The position numbers and the translations under genes were made by a program. Below the pieces are notes generated by a model. The model was not told the DNA's origin. It searched no databases and worked only from the letters and a program-made list of their open reading frames with translations. This document shows, one piece after another, positions 29,520 to 32,000 of a stretch of DNA of 32,000 bases (within the stretch, counting starts at the first letter, position 1; each line of letters begins with the position of its first letter). The DNA comes from Candidatus Nitrosopumilus koreensis AR1 (GTDB lineage Archaea; Thermoproteota; Nitrososphaeria; Nitrososphaerales; Nitrosopumilaceae), in assembly GCF_000299365.1 (NCBI RefSeq), contig NC_018655.1, forward strand, positions 390,001-422,000, given 5' to 3'.

Positions 29520-29838
29520 AATCCAACTAATTGATGATGCTGGTGTGGAACATTCAGGTGAAATTGAATTAAAATCAACTACTGTTTACTAAAAAAAAAT
29601 CCAAAAAAAACAATCATTTAATGATTATTCTGGATTAAAAGGTGGAATTAATTTTCTCATAGATCATAATTTCTTTGATCAATTAAAATCCTCTAAAGAT
29701 GTTAACGAAGAATTGAAAAAGGAAAATTATTTTCATACTATTCAATCTGTTGATAAAAGATTGAGGTTTTTGGTATCCTCTAAAATACTTACGCGGATCA
29801 GGGATGAAGGTAAATGGAAGTATGCTTTAAGAAAATAA
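29509..29838 (+). pseudogene. Small protein with the GLRGG...WKYxLRK domain, interrupted by one in-frame TAA (29590-29592)
   Basis: MKIRIQLIDDAGVEHSGEIELKSTTVY*KKIQKKQSFNDYSGLKGGINFLIDHNFFDQLKSSKDVNEELKKENYFHTIQSVDKRLRFLVSSKILTRIRDEGKWKYALRK, one continuous frame except the stop. Overlaps the upstream ORF by 11 nt. Confidence 0.7.
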
Positions 29839-29865
29839 TAATAAATGATGGTGTGAAAAATTAAC

Positions 29866-30459
29866 ATGGACAAAATTGATGAAATTAAACAGAATATTGC
29901 AATTGCTATAGAATCCACTCAATCTATTGAGGATGAGAAATATCGTATAGAGGCTTTTAAGATAATTTTGAATAATCTGTCAAATACCACCTTGAAAACA
30001 GGCTCAGGAACAGGCTCAGGAACAGGCTCAGGAACAGGCTCAGGAACAGGCTCAGGAACAGGCTCAGGAACAGGCTATGATGATGACCTTTTGAGTATAT
30101 TATCTGAAAAAAGTGGATTGGACAAAGAATCTTTATTGAATGTTTTAACATTTGAAAAAAATCAATTAATTTTACTTAGAGTAAAAGGTGATTCTATAGC
30201 TGACCAATACTTCTATTGTTCATTAATGATTCTTGCATTTTGGAAAATTTGTAAAAATATGGACTATGTTTCAAATGTGAAACTTGGCTTTCCAATGTCT
30301 AGATATGGAATCAATACAAGGAATTTGTCTACTACATTACAAAAAAAGAAGTATCATGAGTTCATTATTTCAAAAGGAAAAGGAAAATCAAAAGAGTATC
30401 GTATTACGACTAAAGGAATCCAAAAAGCTTTTGAAACTCTTTCTGAACTTTCACAATAG
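29866..30459 (+). CDS. Unknown ~197-aa protein (family A, copy 2) with (GSGT)6 linker
   Basis: C-terminal YDDDLLSILSEKSGLDKESLLNVLTF...ILAFWKICKNMDYVSNVKLGFPMSRYGINTRNLSTTLQKK...EYRITTKG aligns with copy 1. Confidence 0.75.
   Translation: MDKIDEIKQNIAIAIESTQSIEDEKYRIEAFKIILNNLSNTTLKTGSGTGSGTGSGTGSGTGSGTGSGTGYDDDLLSILSEKSGLDKESLLNVLTFEKNQLILLRVKGDSIADQYFYCSLMILAFWKICKNMDYVSNVKLGFPMSRYGINTRNLSTTLQKKKYHEFIISKGKGKSKEYRITTKGIQKAFETLSELSQ
30001..30072 (+). repeat. 12-bp minisatellite ggctcaggaaca x6, in frame
   Basis: Six perfect units encoding (GSGT)6, the interdomain linker of 29866-30459. Confidence 0.98.
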
Positions 30460-30461
30460 AA

Positions 30462-31225
30462 ATGACTCTCGATTCAAAAATAATTGTATCACAATTAAAT
30501 AAATTAGGCGTAAGTAAAAGTCTTCTCAACAATTGGTTGGATGAATACAAAAAAATTAAAAATGAATTTCTAAAACAACAATGGAATACTTGTATTTCAA
30601 ACTGTGGTCTTTTCTCTGAGTATACTGTCGCAATATTGAAAGAACTATATGAACAATCTCCGATAAATCAAAATAATATTCATTTTGATAATTTTTATAA
30701 AGATTGTATACAAAAATCTAAACCTAATCCTGAAGATGAAATATTGTTATTAGCTGTTCCACATGCGGCAAAAACAATTTACACAATTCGTAATAAAAAA
30801 AAAGGTGCACACGTGAAAGCTATTGATCCTGATTATGTTGATAGTTTATTTGTAACTTCTCTTTCAGATTATATTCTTTCCCAATTTGTCTTGTTAAAAT
30901 GTAAAGGTACTCAAAATGATGTTGCAAATTTAATTCAAAATATTATAGAAAAAAAATTCCTTTAGTTGAAGAATTTGAAGATGGAACAATAATCATTCAT
31001 AGAAAATTAAAAAATCCTGATCAAATTTTGATAACTCTCTATGTAAAAGGTAAACGTATGACTAAAAATGAATTAATTTCTACACTTCAAATGAGTTATG
31101 AGCAATTAGCCACTTCTGCCTTGAGAAGTTTAAAACAAAAAAATTTTGTACATGAAAGTGATTCAGGTTATGTAATAACACGTTCAGGAATAGATAAAGT
31201 TGAAAAAATTGTTCAAAACATATGA
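30462..31225 (+). pseudogene. Frame-interrupted gene: domain with RNKKKGAH motif (HEPN/Abi_C-like) plus wHTH-like C-terminal tail
   Basis: ORF 30462-30965 ends ...IIEKKFL*. Slipping -1 at A8 (30949-30956) gives ...IIEKKIPLVEEFEDGTIIIHRKLKNPDQILITLYVKG...ITRSGIDKVEKIVQNI to 31225. Confidence 0.65.
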
Positions 31226-31404
31226 TCTGCTTTAAACAACATCTTTCTATAATCCACGTTTTTGTATATCACTATACTGAACTTTAACCTGGGATCTTCT
31301 TTTTCAACCGTTATAAGCACTCAGACGGTCGGATTAGTTTTGATAATAGTCTGAATCTCTCATATAGATTACAATGTTAATTCAAATTTCTTCAAAAAAG
31401 AGTC

Positions 31405-31868
31405 ATCGATATCCATCTTTTATCATCTAGATGGTATCATCGATGGTATTTTCATCATCTTTGATAGAATTAGCCTTGATTTTACCGATGGTATTTTCTT
31501 AATCAATGATAACAAAAGATACTATCTTCTTACATTTTTTTATCATCTTTTTTGCATCTATAGGTACGATGAAAAAAATTCACGCCTAACAATTTTTCCA
31601 TCCTTCTAAAAGATGGCAAAAGATAGAAAAATTATTTATAAAAAATTCAAAATAATTTATAAATTATTTTTTTGATTCAAAACATGAAATTTTGTTTATA
31701 TTCATCATTTCATAGGTGGTCTAATCTTGATTCATCTTTTGCTTATCTATGCCCAAAAGATACTATTTTCATCTCATCGATACCATCCCATCGATGAAAT
31801 CCGTCTTTTTTGTATCTTTTTTTATCGATACCATTGATGAAAAAGATGTCCATCGATAACGTATCGAT
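31405..31868. repeat. Cluster of seven ATCGAT palindromes with GATGGTAT/ATACCATC flanks
   Basis: ATCGAT at 31405, 31439, 31776, 31790, 31824, 31852, 31863; recurrent gatggtatt and gataccat. Confidence 0.85.
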
Positions 31869-32000
31869 GGAATAATGCCTTGATTTTTTATAAATTAATT
31901 TTTGCGAGTTTCTTTGAAAATACTTTTCTAAAGAAATCTTCTCCAAGATCTTCAAAGTATTGTATGACCATTTTATCCAAGTCTGGCTTGATTGCTTCAT
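31743..32000 (-). CDS. Uncertain ORF reaching the window edge
   Basis: 85-aa ORF, MKQSSQTWIKWSYNTLKILEKISLEKYFQRNSQKLIYKK...; its C-terminal half is encoded by the ATCGAT repeat cluster. Confidence 0.25.
   Translation of the reverse strand: MKQSSQTWIKWSYNTLKILEKISLEKYFQRNSQKLIYKKSRHYSIDTLSMDIFFINGIDKKRYKKDGFHRWDGIDEMKIVSFGHR

Noticed and set aside
30001-30072. CRISPR-like repeat
   Set aside because: Uninterrupted 12-bp units with no spacers, fully in frame within a CDS; it is a coding minisatellite.
29957-30151. Minus-strand ORF with (SLFL)n
   Set aside because: Shadow of the GSGT minisatellite on the plus strand.
31743-32000. Degraded integrase/recombinase N-terminus
   Set aside because: LEKYFQRNSQKLIYKK faintly resembles a core-binding domain, but no catalytic region is visible and half the ORF is repeat-derived; insufficient evidence.

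Overview
AT-rich archaeal chromosomal window. Protein style (secreted proteins with IPxWIKxNxxWW modules, small zinc and wHTH proteins, plastocyanin-like domains) suggests an ammonia-oxidising Thaumarchaeota/Nitrososphaeria genome; this is inference, since no marker gene is present. Main content: (1) a co-directional surface-polysaccharide locus at 1362-6976: UDP-sugar dehydrogenase-like protein with a Cys/His N-terminal extension, divergent NodB-like protein, HAS/cellulose-synthase-type GT2, and large secreted NodB-domain protein. (2) A copper-related stretch at 7535-12820: a cupredoxin-domain membrane protein, and a two-gene operon of a tyrosinase and a galactose/glyoxal-oxidase-like copper radical oxidase. 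(3) An endonuclease/exonuclease/phosphatase-family gene broken by two in-frame stops and one frameshift. (4) A two-gene module of a CHAT-domain (caspase-like) protein translationally coupled to an unrecognised 295-aa partner; this is the strongest candidate for an undescribed effector system. (5) A FilR1/DUF1724-like regulator with a wHTH-less tandem paralogue and a chimeric remnant, next to two large secreted thrombospondin-type-3 proteins. (6) A compact array of unrecognised small genes at 28.3-31.2 kb: two paralogous ~200-aa proteins (one with a (GSGT)6 minisatellite linker), a conserved C-terminal domain on both strands, and a gene with an RNKKKGAH motif (HEPN/Abi_C-like) split from its wHTH tail by a -1 frame change at A8. 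This is followed by a dense cluster of ATCGAT palindromes. No rRNA, tRNA, CRISPR array or intact transposase was recognised.
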